Counted from the first letter of the stretch, positions 38,790 through 52,109 are shown. The stretch: 64,000 nucleotides of DNA from Octopus bimaculoides (GCF_001194135.2 NC_068990.1:36087353-36151352); one strand, 5' to 3'. The notes: a model not told the origin generated them from the sequence alone. Translations and numbers: made by a program.

Positions 38790-39429
38790 AATAATTTGTC
38801 TTTGCACAGTTCGTTACTGGAAATAGAATGGTGTCTTAGACATTCTTGATGACTCTGTCATACCTTAATGCTACAATGTTATTGTTGTGGTTATTGTTGT
38901 AGTTAATGCTGTTTAACCCCACGTTAATCCTGGTTCTGGAAAGCTATAATCGAAGGCGATCTAATCGTGACCATCCTGTCTATTTTTCGTTCAAATATTG
39001 TGTCTATGGCTATATTCCCTATTGTGCCCTTTTTTTAATGAGAGGGTGATTGTCTAATATTTCTCAAGTTTTATTATTACTAGCGTTAATACGCCTTGAT
39101 GAGTCGTTCCTCCATTCTCAGTAATATGTTTTTTCTTCGTTTGTGAACTTAGTGGAGAATTTGATTTTTTCCGCTGATCACTCGAGAAGTTCATGATTCC
39201 TTTATCACGGTAATCATTCCAAAATTCTTAGGCGAAAAGTATGATATCATTTAACGGGAAACCTAGCCAAATATCTGCAATACAGTGAACTCCACTAAAG
39301 GCACAAAATGTCACTGAGGTGGTATTAAACTGGATTACTGATCAAGTCTAACATACAAGTAACCGGCGAGAAATCCTGCATAGGATCTCATCTGACACAA
39401 TTCCGCGCAGCCACCACCTTGCAATGATA

Positions 39430-39556
39430 ATTTATTTTATTGACTCTGAAAAAATATAAGGCAAAAATAACATCGACTTGATTTGAACTAGAAAGCCGTA
39501 ACACATACTGCAAGGCTTTCTGTCCTACCCTCTAATAATTCTGCCACTTCACTACC
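39430..39556 (-). mobile_element. Highly diverged Nin/Deu-like SINE fragment
   Basis: ttattgactctgaaaaaatataaggcaaaa..gatttgaactag..ttctgtcc..ttctgcc resembles the family in reverse orientation. Confidence 0.5.
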
Positions 39557-40229
39557 ATACCCTATCACTATTGATGCTGACATGCATATTTCAAAGAACT
39601 TTAAAATAATGCAAATGATAAGTCAAGCAAAATATGTAGGCTGATGTCTATACATACAAAGACAAGATATATTACGACATTTCATAGGTTGTTTAATGTT
39701 TCTATTATATTCTATTATATTTCGGGAAAGATTCTTTCTGTTAAATACAAGAAAGAAAATATCCAAGAGTTCTGGGGAAAATGTTATGATCGACAGGCTA
39801 TTCTGTCCTACGCCCCAACGATTCTGCAAGCTCACTGCCATTTGCTGTTATGATGGGAAAGCTCTTGGCATCACTTTATATATTTTACCTAACTTCTTGT
39901 CTTTTGTAAAATAATTGTATCATTTATATGTTACAATCCATCAACAAAAATTACAGTAAAGTTGTTGAGACTGAGGATGTTGTTTAGCTCTTCGTCAGTC
40001 CTGGGTGAACGGAGCTATTCATTGCGTTCTTTACTGGTACTGAATTAACCAACAAGTTCTCATTTTAATAGGACGGACAGGGTGCGATTTGAGAGAACTG
40101 TAGCTGTTATTTCTACAAGTTTAAAGGCTGTCATTGTCTTGATACGAATGTATTATTGAAAGAGTTAGAAAATTAGAAATCAATTTTAAATTTCTAGCTT
40201 AGAAATCAATTTTATAAGATTTAATGTCC

Positions 40230-40515
40230 TCCGTCTCCCGCTACATCATCCTACCAGAGCTTTACTGTCATTCAACGCGGTAGCTGCCGACCGGAAGAGG
40301 TCGCGAGGCAGGCCCCACATCAGATGGTTGGATGTGATTGGGGAAGATCTCCAGAGGATGGATTCACCTTGGAGGATGTAAAGGGGCTGGCACTGGACCG
40401 CCAGCGATCTAGAGCACTGATGTACCTGATCGGATCTACGCATGATGACCCTTCTGGGACCTCTAACCTGGAATGATCCGACCCCCATCAAGCAAGAACA
40501 TGAAGCAATCGAACA
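40230..40515 (+). mobile_element. RTE-like LINE 3' end fragment
   Basis: RKRSRGRPHIRWLDVIGEDLQRM..LEDVKGLALDRQR, matching the RPRGRP..RW.D..DL..A.DR C-terminal motif; short caag-type tail. Confidence 0.65.
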
Positions 40516-40831
40516 AGTTAATAGCAATCTTCAACTGACAAATATCTCTAATATATTTTTTTAATATAAATGTGTGTGCATGTGTAGAGTGAGTATGTGT
40601 GCATTTGTATGTGTGTGAGCTTTGGTCTAATGCAAAATCTGAACATTATTAATGTTTTCTCTCCTTTTACGTTTCAGCTTCAGATTTCATGCACCGTCCT
40701 TTGTATTTCGCTGAAATAACTTAGTAGATGAATTACCATCTTATCTTCTAAACTTTTGCATTCAGCTCGCTCTTTAGAAGTATTTTCAGTTGCAAACACA
40801 CACACTCACACACATACACTCACACACACAA

Positions 40832-40884
<53 letters not shown>

Positions 40885-41300
40885 TACATACATACAAACA
40901 CGCACACATATGTATGTAAATTAATTCAGCGTTTCCCTCTAAATCTTTCATGTGACAGTTGCTCTGGCATATTGATATCCTAAACACTGATATATGCTAC
41001 TGCAGCTGCTGTCATTATTTCTTTCAATGTCAACTGAATGTCATTTTCTGTTTAGGACCTTCTGATCAGAAAATGGCTCTCCGTCTGAAGAAATCTGATT
41101 ACACTGCAAACAATATTTTTGGTCTTAACAGATTAATGTTGTGTGATAAGAAATTATAGTTAATTTAGAATAACCCTTGAAGCGAGGTGAAAAATTTAAT
41201 TAACTGAATGACGAATTCTGGTGAAGAAAGCAAAGGAATCAACTATAACCTACGAATCTATAAAGGCGTAATTCTAATCATCGGGTATGGATTGATAACT

Positions 41301-41336
41301 CTGAATATATTCCGGTCTTATTGGAACTCATCAATC
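41301..41336 (-). ncRNA. Degenerate hammerhead motif
   Basis: Minus strand ttgatga-gttc-caataa-gacc-ggaa-tatattc; three substitutions away from ctgatga-ggtc-caataa-gacc-gaaa. Confidence 0.4.
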
Positions 41337-42608
41337 AAACAGACTAACTGTTAATATCAGATCTTAGAAGGGTTTAGGTGACTTGAGAAACAGGATTTTA
41401 GTGATGAAACACTGAGAAGTATGATAATTTACAAGAATAATGCTTATAGGGAGGATACTAAATAACTGACTGAATAAAAATTAAAAAAAGATGGAGTGGC
41501 AGAAACGTAACTAACAATAATTATCTGGTGTCTTATATGGATAAATTGATAGAAGTAAACAGATAAACAGATAAAATCTCGAAAGACAGACAACTAGGTA
41601 AATGATAGCAGAAGTTTATGTCACGCACGATGCATAAATACATGGAACTACAAGTGGGTGTATGATTGTGCGCGCGCGCGTCTGTGTGAGAGTGAGTGTA
41701 ATGGACTGATTTATTCGGACCAGTATCTTCATCTTGGTTGTTATAGTCACAATGTTTCGATCATTCTGCACTCGTCCTACTTTATGCACCAATCGTGATT
41801 GGTGATATTCTCGGAATTTCGTACTGCACTCTATAACACTACGGTGATAGTTTTATGTCATTTAACTGCCTGTACCAGAATACATTCTCCTTGCAAGTTA
41901 TTGTTCTTCATCTGATATTGCAAGTCTGTTACTTTTCAATGAGTATAGTTTGCTTGACTGACTGACGGATTGAACTCACACTCACTGTTTAGTACTTAAA
42001 TCAATGTTTGTATCCAGTACCCATCTATTCTGATCGAAGGTATTGAAAATAAGAAGCTTTAAACAATTTCTTCTTTCTTATCCTTTTTTTCGTGGTCATA
42101 GATTTAATGTTCTTGACTTCTTAAAAGACATAATATGGAGTTCATCGCTATGTTTGGGCTACTTTAGAGGCTATCAAAGCCTTTTAATGTCTATTAATTC
42201 ATCTTACCTTTTAATGTCTATTAGCTTGGATTAGTTCTCCTTTTCCTCTACAAACTATTGATCTTGTCTGCCTCTCCGATCTCTTGAGAGAAAGGAATTT
42301 TACAGTGCTCTTCGAGCCTTATTTTAGGAGTGAATAGTCTAAACATTCATATTTCCTGCTTGCCACATTTGTAGGAGACCACAGTTCTCGTTCATAATCT
42401 CTCTGTGGGGGCTTTTTTCGTGAGAGAGATCTCTGAAGGATAGATCTACTCTTAAATATGCATGAATCAAGATGCATGAATTGCAAATTTTCTAAGTTCT
42501 TTTCAGATATATCGGACAAAATTTATATCGACAACGGCATGAGAACAACCACTACAAAGATTAAAAAGTGTTCAGCTCCAAATTCCAGGAGTATTAATGT
42601 CTGTGACT

Positions 42609-42655
42609 GGCATCTGATGAAAGTCGGAGGATATAATGACCAAAACGTCGTAGCT
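42609..42655 (+). ncRNA. Degenerate hammerhead motif related to the 8110 copy
   Basis: ctgatga-a-agtc-ggaggatataat-gacc-aaaa-cgtc-gtagc; loop II resembles the 8110 copy; G12 mutated; GUC cleavage triplet at 42647-42649. Confidence 0.5.
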
Positions 42656-42747
42656 ATAACAACAATGATTAGGAATTTAAACTGGATATATCAGTGTATC
42701 TATAATTATAATTTCTCATCCCAGAACAGTAAATAATATTTTAAATA

Positions 42748-42783
42748 ACTTAGACCGGTTTCGACCATTATTGCACCTGGCCA
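42748..42783 (-). ncRNA. 3' half of a hammerhead motif (stem II, GAAA, palindromic ACCGGT, GUC)
   Basis: Minus strand ggcc-aggtgcaataat-ggtc-gaaa-ccggtc; the CUGANGA half is missing. Confidence 0.4.
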
Positions 42784-43572
42784 TGTTTAACTTACTAGTT
42801 CCATCTGTGGCAGTTTTTAAGTTATGCTTTAGCACAATGTCACGTTACTCAAGTAGGGAATTGTTATTTGGCAAAATGTATCTAGGTGTAGATGGTTTGC
42901 CTGAGATTTCTTGGAACAATTTGTCCGGGTAACGTTTTGAATATTATAAGAGTTTTTTTCCTTCAGTCAAAAAAAAACTTTGCTGCAACATTGTTACATA
43001 ATGTGAGTAATTTTTGAAAAGAATGTATGGTACTGGATTCTAGTTTAAGGTGTCGTGTGAACTTCATAATGTCAACCATTGGACAATGCTGGTGGAATAT
43101 TTTCCAATTGCTAGAAAAGTAATGCTCACAGTGGCATTGGAAAGAAGAGCGTTAGGAAATGTGTTTGCGTGCATGTATGCATACAGGTGTATATGTATAT
43201 GTGTGAGTACAAATGCTGTATCCGCATGTGTGTACACGCTCGTGTATAGGTAAGTATATAGTAAACTCAGTTTTAGCACGAACAGCAATAATGCTGCCCA
43301 ATATTGCTACATCCATGCAATTCCAAATGAAATATTTACTAAACTACATCTTCCCTCAAATATACTATGCCACATAGGAAATAACTATTACTTATACACC
43401 GCAAAGCCACACAGTATACTGAATCAAATTAAATACACTTTAATACCTAAAATGCAAACCATCCTCTTTCACACACGCATGCATGCACACCCACATACAT
43501 ATATGTATATAGGCATATATGAACATGTGCATACATATATATTATGTGTTTGCGTCTGTGTATGTATGTATG

Positions 43573-43603
<31 letters not shown>

Positions 43604-43918
43604 ATACATATATATGTATATGTATGTCAATATATATATATGTATATGTATGTATGTATGTATATACATATATATGTATATGTATGTCAATATATATATA
43701 TGTATATATATATACATATATATATACATACATATATATATATGAGTGTGTGTGTATGTGTGTGTAATAGCTTGTTTGTAGATTTGTTTACTTGAGGGTG
43801 CTAATCATGAGCTGAACAACAGTCCTTCGAAGTTTCGCTACAATGGTTTTATCAAATAAATTTGAGAAACAAGCACCGACATGAGTTCGAAATATACAAT
43901 CTACGTTGACAATACCTT

Positions 43919-44012
<94 letters not shown>

Positions 44013-44614
44013 CACATGTATGTGTGTGTGTATGCACGTAGGTGTGTGTATGTATGTGTGTATATACATATTTATATATATACACACACACATATATATA
44101 TTCAATATGTTTGTTTTTTAAAGTTTTGTTATCTTTTAATGCTTTTAGCCTTTGTTCAAATATCTATACATCTCGATTCACTGTTTATTGCCTTAAAATC
44201 ACGTTTTTATCGTCGGCGAATTCTCGGTTTAATCGGCCACATCAACTGAACATATATTGACATATCCATGCAATGTATGCCTCCACCGATTTTTTTTTTT
44301 CCCATTTATGGTCTATGTGATTCATTTGTTGTTATTTTTCTGTCAGTGTATGAGTATAGACGTACGTACGAGTGCACTCATTCCCCCTCTCTCTCTGTCT
44401 TTCCCACTCTCTTTCTCACCCCTTTTTCTCACATCTGCTCGCACACACTTCGCTATTTTAAATATTGAGTACATATTAAACAATTTAACCCTTATTTGAT
44501 TTTCTATTTTCTCTCTGTTTTGTTTCAAGCAACTCACGTGCCCAAACACGTGTGTGTATGTACGCGTGTGGGTTTTTGTGTGTGGTGCATCATACATTAT
44601 GCGCGTACATAAAT

Positions 44615-44692
<78 letters not shown>
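44615..44692. repeat. (GATA)n microsatellite
   Basis: Direct reading. Confidence 0.98.
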
Positions 44693-44693
<1 letters not shown>

Positions 44694-44704
44694 ACATGTC
44701 TCTT

Positions 44705-44920
44705 CATTGCCTCGAAAGTTCCGGCTGCTCCAGCAATAGCCAGGAACTCACTCTACAATAGCTTAGGGTTTCGAAATGCCTGCAGCTTTTCAGTATTTTG
44801 CCAAAGATGAGGTAGATGTAAATATATTAAAAAAACGCATAGATAAGTTCTCAGATGATCTCATATTACAGCAAGAGACATAACTCAGTAAAGGCGACAT
44901 GAAACTCACCAAAATCTAAC
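44705..44920 (+). mobile_element. Possible CR1/L2-type LINE 3' fragment
   Basis: NSL..LG...VNILKKRIDKFSDD resembles the NSF..GP.LFN..FK..LD.FL C-terminal motif; very degraded. Confidence 0.3.
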
Positions 44921-45059
44921 AAAAGAAGAAGTAATGTCTTAGCAGTGGTAATGGTACAGACATTCCCCCCACACACTGTACGCCTGCTGCATGAACGCTG
45001 AAATTAGTAAAGTTATGAAGCACACAAACGTAGCTGGAAGCATACAAACGTTACTGATA

Positions 45060-45490
45060 CACAGCTCCAGATCTATGTATGGGCCAACATGGGTCACCAA
45101 AGCTTAGGGAGCCCAAGCATTTAGGTGGGGCTTTTACCTTAATGCAGCCTAAAGCTTGGAGTTGAATATCAAAAAATGTATTTACAGCAATCAAATAAGC
45201 AATTCGTAACATTTTTACTTATTTAATTTTTTTCACTTAGAGTTATGTTAAAGTTATTGATCTCATTTCTGATTTATTGAGCCCTTCACGATTTAAAATC
45301 CATTTCATTTAATTGACTCTCTTTAAATCTACAGAGGCCCCTTTAAGTTTGGGGCCACTTCAACTGTTTGGGGCCCCTATTTAACGAGGCCCTCTTTATC
45401 ATCTTAATATGTTTTGAATTAGCAAAATCGTAGGAGACCCTAAAATCTATTGGCTCAAAGGCCCTACTAGACTTTAAAATCCAGCCTTGC
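45060..45490. mobile_element. Possible non-autonomous DNA element (hAT/MITE-like)
   Basis: Multiple gggcc/ggccc sub-terminal motifs and terminal aaatccagccttg; the left terminus is degenerate. Confidence 0.35.
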
Positions 45491-46256
45491 CTATTAAACA
45501 GTATGCGACCAAAATAATAGTTTCACATTTATTGAGTGAAATTAATCCGTTTTTACCTGCTGATTTCAAAAATCACGAAGAAGCCATCGTATCACGTACA
45601 GTGTGTTGCCTTTTATTAATGCTATTAGTTGCCATATTTAAATAGATGTTAACAGTATAACTAATAGGTTTAAATTTGAAAAATAAGTATGTGATAACAT
45701 TTAGACAGTCTCAGCCATACAGAGACGTACCTGCATCAGTTAACCGCAAACAGTGAAGAGAGAAAGATGCGCTTCACTAGGTCACGTTACTTAGATTAAA
45801 AAGTATCTTTCTTTTTTTTTACAGTTATTTCCTCAAACCTCTTTTTTCTTTTCAATATACATATATCCGATTTTGTCAAAAATGTTTACTATGTCTATTT
45901 TAGTGTGAAATTAGGTGGCCAAGATCAGAAGTGGGCACCTCATAAGGCCTGCTCACTTTGTGTTGAATAGTTAAGACGAAATGTGCAAAGAAATATTTTT
46001 ATTTTGGGGGCTTCAGTGATATAAAGAGAGCCTAAAGATCACTGTCATGACTGCTACGTTTACTCATGTAAGGTGCATGGACACAATTGGAAGAGTGAGA
46101 AAAATATTGTTTGCCCAAATCTCCCATCTGCATTGTAACCTGTTGCCCATAGAATAGACGTTCCAGTCTCGTCACCGTCAGGAAACTTTGAAGGCATACA
46201 CTTGATTTCCGAGTCAGAACGCAGAAATAACAACGAGGCCTTAAGATGTAAAAGGA

Positions 46257-46637
46257 GCTCTTTTACTCTTTTACTCTTTTACTTGTTTCAGTCATTTGTC
46301 GAGCAAATCGACCCCAGGACTTATTCTTTGGAAACCTAGTACTTATTCTATCGGTCTCTTTTGCCGAACCGCTAGGTTACGGGGACATAAACACACCAGT
46401 ATCGGTTGTCAAGCAATGCTAGGGGGACAAGCACAGGCACACAAACACACACACACACACATCTATGTGTATATATATACGATGGGCTTCTTTCAGTTTC
46501 TGTCTACCAAATCCACTCACAAGGCTTAGGTTGGCCCGAGGCTATAGTAGAAGACATTTGCCCAAGGTGCCATGCAGTGAGACTGAACTTGGGACCATGT
46601 GGTTGGTAAGCAAGCTACTTTCCACACAGCCACTCCT
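46257..46637 (-). mobile_element. CORE-like tRNA-derived SINE (46478-46637) with associated repeat unit (46257-46440)
   Basis: Minus strand gagtggctgtgtgg..catggcaccttgggcaaatgtcttctactatagcctcgggcc..gagtggatttggtagac; both units recur at 49455-49800. Confidence 0.88.
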
Positions 46638-47363
46638 TTCATTTCATATGTACTCATTTAGGTTGCTTTCCGGATACTCTGAGGATGTCAATGAGAAGCA
46701 GTGGGTAAGTTTCATCAGGATAAATAAGACTGAAGGTACATATCAAGGAAGATAGAATGTCAATATAATGGCCGACTGCTACCGGATGTTGCATCGTGAA
46801 TGTCCGTCAAATCCTCACAAGAGAAAGAGTTCCAAGAGTTGTTTCAAAGTAAAAAAGAAGAGATTTCTACGGTTAGTAAAGTTGGGAAGCTGAAAACCAT
46901 TTTAAATATCTAAACATGGCTCTTCTTAGATCACTTGTTTTAACCCTATATCTATTTTAAACATGGCAACTGGTCTACACGGCTTTCGATCCTCACATCC
47001 GATCACCCTATAAGAAATGCTGCTCTATGAAGAAATTTTACTTCCATTTACTACACATACACGCACGCACACACACACATACATAAATAGAGACATATTG
47101 GCATTATAATCATAATATGACAACAACACGAAGGGTTTATAGCTGACCAAATAGACCCCAGATATTATTTTCAAGTCTGGTATGTATTTCATAGATTTAT
47201 GACGAACTGATAAATGATTGAATTTAAACGCAAAGCATTGCTTTCCAACTGGCGTCAAGCAAAAAACGTCGCACGCAGACGCCCTCTCATACATTCTTTA
47301 ATACAAATACTTATGCATGTATGCGTGCGCCAGTGTACATGTCCACACGCGCACGTATACGTG

Positions 47364-47395
<32 letters not shown>

Positions 47396-48507
47396 CGCAA
47401 GTGTGTCTATTTGTGTGAGTGAGTGTGTGCGTGTGTTTGAGTGTATGTGCGTGCGCTCATGCGTGTGTGTACAACTGGCAGCCGCACGTACTCAGCTAAA
47501 AAATTTTCTTGAGAAGACAACAACCGTTGCCCAGGAACACGTGCCGTGTGACTCAACATGAAGCTATCAAACGCTCGTGGAAGGAAATTGTCCATACTTA
47601 ACCATGCCTGCATCTGTATAGTAATAAATGCATATAATGTATTTGCAGGTATGCATGAAAGTGTGTCAATGTATATGCGCGTGTATGCATATATATGTAT
47701 TTATNNNNNNNNNNNNNNNNNNNNNNNNNNNNNNNNNNNNNNNNNNNNNNNNNNNNNNNNNNNNNNNNNNNNNNNNNNNNNNNNNNNNNNNNNNNNNNNN
47801 NNNNNNNNNNNNNNNNNNNNNNNNNNNNNNNNNNNNNNNNNNNNNNNNNNNNNNNNNNNNNNNNNNNNNNNNNNNNNNNNNNNNNNNNNNNNNNNNNNNN
47901 NNNNNNNNNNNNNNNNNNNNNNNNNNNNNNNNNNNNNNNNNNNNNNNNNNNNNNNNNNNNNNNNNNNNNNNNNNNNNNNNNNNNNNNNNNNNNNNNNNNN
48001 NNNNNNNNNNNNNNNNNNNNNNNNNNNNNNNNNNNNNNNNNNNNNNNNNNNNNNNNNNNNNNNNNNNNNNNNNNNNNNNNNNNNNNNNNNNNNNNNNNNN
48101 NNNNNNNNNNNNNNNNNNNNNNNNNNNNNNNNNNNNNNNNNNNNNNNNNNNNNNNNNNNNNNNNNNNNNNNNNNNNNNNNNNNNNNNNNNNNNNNNNNNN
48201 NNNNNNNNNNNNNNNNNNNNNNNNNNNNGACAATATGTCATCTACAGTTGGTTCTGCTATCAGATTGCTTCCAGAGTTCTTTGCGACAGGTATTTCTTCA
48301 AGATAATTCCTGCCTTTCAATAAATCTCACCCGTTATTTCATTTTTGCATACATACACTCTTTCATATATCCATGCATATATGCTTGTACTTGGCATAGC
48401 TGCATATGTGTGCGTGTGTGCGTGTTTGAGTGTTTGAGTGTGCATATATGCGTGTATATGCATTCATACATACGTTATATATATTCACACAAACATGTAC
48501 ATATTGA

Positions 48508-48542
<35 letters not shown>

Positions 48543-49454
48543 CACACATACATACATTCATATACACACACATGTAGATATTTATCGTGTGTGTGTGTGT
48601 GTGAGTGAGTGTGTAGCTAGATGCCTTTATTTACAATACGTGTTGAAATGTAAGGGACAGACAGAGAAAATGAAGGAAAGAAAAGAGAGAGACACACACA
48701 CATACTATACAAACACAGAGAGGGAGAGAGGGGGAGAGAGAGGGAAAGAGAAGATTTGAGAGAGTGCGCGAGGGGGAGATTGAGAGTGTACATTTATAAG
48801 CTCCACATTTAGTAACAAAACCTAAGCCATATTTTTTCAATATATATAAACGTTGCTGATTTTGCTGGCTCACACGCGCGCACATTCATATATACATACG
48901 TACGCACCTGAGCATGCGCTCTGATGTACAAACCAAATTACCATATAACCATTTATACTTACAACAGTGAATATATATATANNNNNNNNNNNNNNNNNNN
49001 NNNNNNNNNNNNNNNNNNNNNNNNNNNNNNNNNNNNNNNNNNNNNNNNNNNNNNNNNNNNNNNNNNNNNNNNNNNNNNNNNNNNNNNNNNNNNNNNNNNN
49101 NNNNNNNNNNNNNNNNNNNNNNNNNNNNNNNNNNNNNNNNNNNNNNNNNNNNNNNNNNNNNNNNNNNNNNNNNNNNNNNNNNNNNNATGTCTACCTGCCA
49201 GAAATATCAATCAAAACTCTTATTTAAATCGCCGAATAAAACTGATGATAGCTACAGAAATCGACCGTCTGCGGCCAAACGGGCTAAGACAAGCTTTCAA
49301 CATACATTCAAGTATTCGGTCTCACGTCGACCAGTTTCTGGATTGGCATTATAATTTTTTATTGTTACACTAGATAATAACAGAGTCAATAATATCTTCG
49401 CAAATATTTTCTCCTAAATTATTTCCTCCGTATTGAAATATATATATATATATA

Positions 49455-49800
49455 TATATTTGGTAAGAAGTTTGTTTCCCAATCACATGATCCCGGTTCA
49501 GTCCTACTGCGTGGTACCTTAAGGAAGTGTCTTCTATTACAGCCTTGAGTCGACCTTGTGAGTAGATTTGGAAGACGGAAACTGAAAGAAGCCCGTTGTA
49601 TAGATATTCTTTTACTCTTTTCTTTGTGTCAGTCATTTGACAGCGGCTATGCTGGAGCACCGCCTTTAGCCGAAAAAATCGACCTCAAGACCTATCCTTT
49701 GTAAACCTAGTACTTATTCTATAGGTCCCTTTTGCCGAACCGCAAAGTTACGGGGACGTAAACACACCAACTTCAAGCAATGGTCGGGGACAAACACAGC
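49455..49800 (+). mobile_element. CORE-like SINE (49455-49600) followed by the associated unit (49605-49800)
   Basis: gtggtaccttaaggaagtgtcttctatt..gatttggaagacggaaactgaaagaagccc; then cagtcatttgac..atgctggagcaccgcc..cctagtacttattctat..gttacggggacgtaaacacacc as at 46280-46410. Confidence 0.85.
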
Positions 49801-50264
49801 AATAGTCGAGAGAAAATAACAGACCCCCAACGAAATCATTTGTTATCATCAATATGTCTATCCTTCTGGCTGCTTTTTGATAGTTATATAAACAAGAACA
49901 CCATAAGCTAAATGCAGTTAGTGACAGCGACCACCAGTGAGTGTGAATGTTATTATTGCACTTTCTTCTAACACTTCATTCATATATTGCTATACATATA
50001 TACTACATTCATATATTACCGTTAATGAATTAGCCTTCATAAAGTTCACCTTTAAAATGACGAGTCAGAGTACGACTGGGTGCTTCTACTTCACAAGCTG
50101 CTTTAATGCAACAACGGCGATCTCAAGTAAGTCTCTCGATTCATTATGTTTCATATTTACAAAATAAAACAATTATTCTTCGTCTATTCTAATTCAATAT
50201 CTAAAAAGTTATATACATATTGCTGTAATTAATTTACACATTACATTAATAGACATGTTTTCAA

Positions 50265-50912
50265 CATCTATGCAATGGCACGAGACTTATTATCAAAAAA
50301 TTGATGCAGACAGTGTTGGAGGCAACAATACTGACTGGGAAAGCAAGTGAAGATGTTTTCATTCCAAAGATTCCCCTCATTCCTTCCGACACACAAATTG
50401 ATTTCAAAAGGCTCCAATAATTCCCACTGAGATTAAGTTTTGCAATGAGCATCAACAAAGCACAGAGTCAGATATTGGAAGTGGTAGGCTTTAATCTTGC
50501 AGAACCTGCTTTTTCTCATGGACAGCTCTATGTCGGATGCTCTAGAGTTGGAAATCCGGAAAATTTATTCATCTATGCACCCAGCAGCAAAATCAAAAAC
50601 ATTGTGTATCAGGAAGCCCTGCAAGACTGAAATTTTGGAACAAAGATGCCTCTCCCTCCGAGAACCTCTCTTGCAAACCTACGACAACCTCTCTCGCCAA
50701 ACTCCGACAACCTCTCTTGCCAACCTCCGGAAACCTCTCTCGCCAACCTCCAGCAATCTCTTCCTCTTCCAGCTGACTGTTTTTGTACATTTTCGTGACG
50801 GAAAATATACATTTTGTAGCAGTTACAATGGAATTGCTTTCTTATATCAGAGTAATAAGGCCTTTTCAATAGAACATCTTTACCCCCGGGAATTACCGGG
50901 TACACCAGCTAG
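50265..50912 (+). mobile_element. Helitron 3' part: PIF1-like helicase C-terminus, 3' UTR and terminus
   Basis: LCNGTRL..VFIPKIPLIPSD..FKRLQ*FPLRLSFAMSINKAQSQ..FSHGQLYVGCSRV..KNIVYQEAL*; terminal ccgg-gaatta-ccgg hairpin then CTAG (50909-50912) followed by T. Confidence 0.93.
50655..50760 (+). repeat. About 23-bp minisatellite (4-5 units, aacctctctcgccaa core) in the Helitron 3' UTR
   Basis: Direct reading of repeated aacctctctygcmaa units. Confidence 0.85.
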
Positions 50913-50931
50913 TATATACATATGTGTATAT

Positions 50932-51090
50932 CAGGCATAGTTACGTGGTTAAGAAACCCGCATTGCAAACACGTTTTTTAGGGTTCTGATCCACTACATG
51001 GCACCTTGGGCAAGTATCTTCTATCGTCCCGGACCGACCAATGCCTTGTGAATTAACTTGTAGGCGTAAACTGTATGAAACCTCACTTGT
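50932..51090 (+). mobile_element. CORE-like tRNA-derived SINE, diverged
   Basis: gtggttaagaa head, catggcaccttgggcaagtatcttcta, ccgaccaatgccttgtga. Confidence 0.8.
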
Positions 51091-51658
51091 GTGTGTGTGT
51101 GATAGGGGAGTGTCTTTTTATGCATCACGGCTTAACAACCACTATTTGGTTTGCTTGCGACACTGTAACACAACGGTTCGGCCAAAGTGCCCGTTGGAAT
51201 AAATAACAGAATTTTAAAAATAAGCAGTGAGGACGAGTTGTCCGACTAAGCCCTTCAAAGCCATGCCCCAGTGTGGCTGCAGTCTAACAGCCGAGAGTAA
51301 AAGTCCCTAATTTTGGCTTAGATATCTCTCTAGCAGAAGACAAACTCTGGTGAAAGACCTGTGACTTCTTTTCCGTGTAGTGTTCTTTAGCAAAATATTT
51401 CATTCCGTCGCTTAAATCCACTTAGTTATAAATGAGTAAAACTGCTAGGGACTGGCGTCACGTCCAGGGGAGTTGTTGGCCCAACTGTCTAGCTAGCGAA
51501 GTGGTATTATTCTAAAGCTAAAATAGTGCACGAAATGCATTGTGACCAGCGATATATAACAATATCCGATAGTCTGGTTGATACAATGACTCGACGCACT
51601 GATGTGTGTGTGTGAGAGAGAGAGAGACAGACAGACAGACAGAGATAGAGAGGGATAA

Positions 51659-51691
<33 letters not shown>

Positions 51692-52109
51692 GAGATAGAT
51701 GTGTATATATATATCATATCTCTCTATATTGTACATATTGTTCAATATGTCTACAAACACGTATATGTGTACACTTATATGAAATTCTATTTTACATCCA
51801 TATCTATATATATTTGTGAGAATATGTGCATCTGCATGTTCAAGCGTCTGTGTGAAGTGTGTATGGATATGTGTTTATATATGTATATATGTATCTTCCT
51901 GATATCTATCTATATTAAAGATATATTTTAAATGAATACATTTCGAGTATATAGGCATTTAATTTACGCTATATTCCACTTGGGGATAAATATTTCTAGA
52001 CTAAACTTCTTTTACAAATTAATGTTGTACAACATCTGTCTGTTGTAGAACGAATAACTTGTATTTATGTACATATGTATGTATGTAGGCGCAGGTGTGG
52101 GTGTGTGAT

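Noticed and set aside
50650-50765. Regularly spaced ~23-bp repeats as a CRISPR-like array
   Set aside because: Adjacent units without unique spacers, in a eukaryotic Helitron 3' UTR; an ordinary minisatellite.
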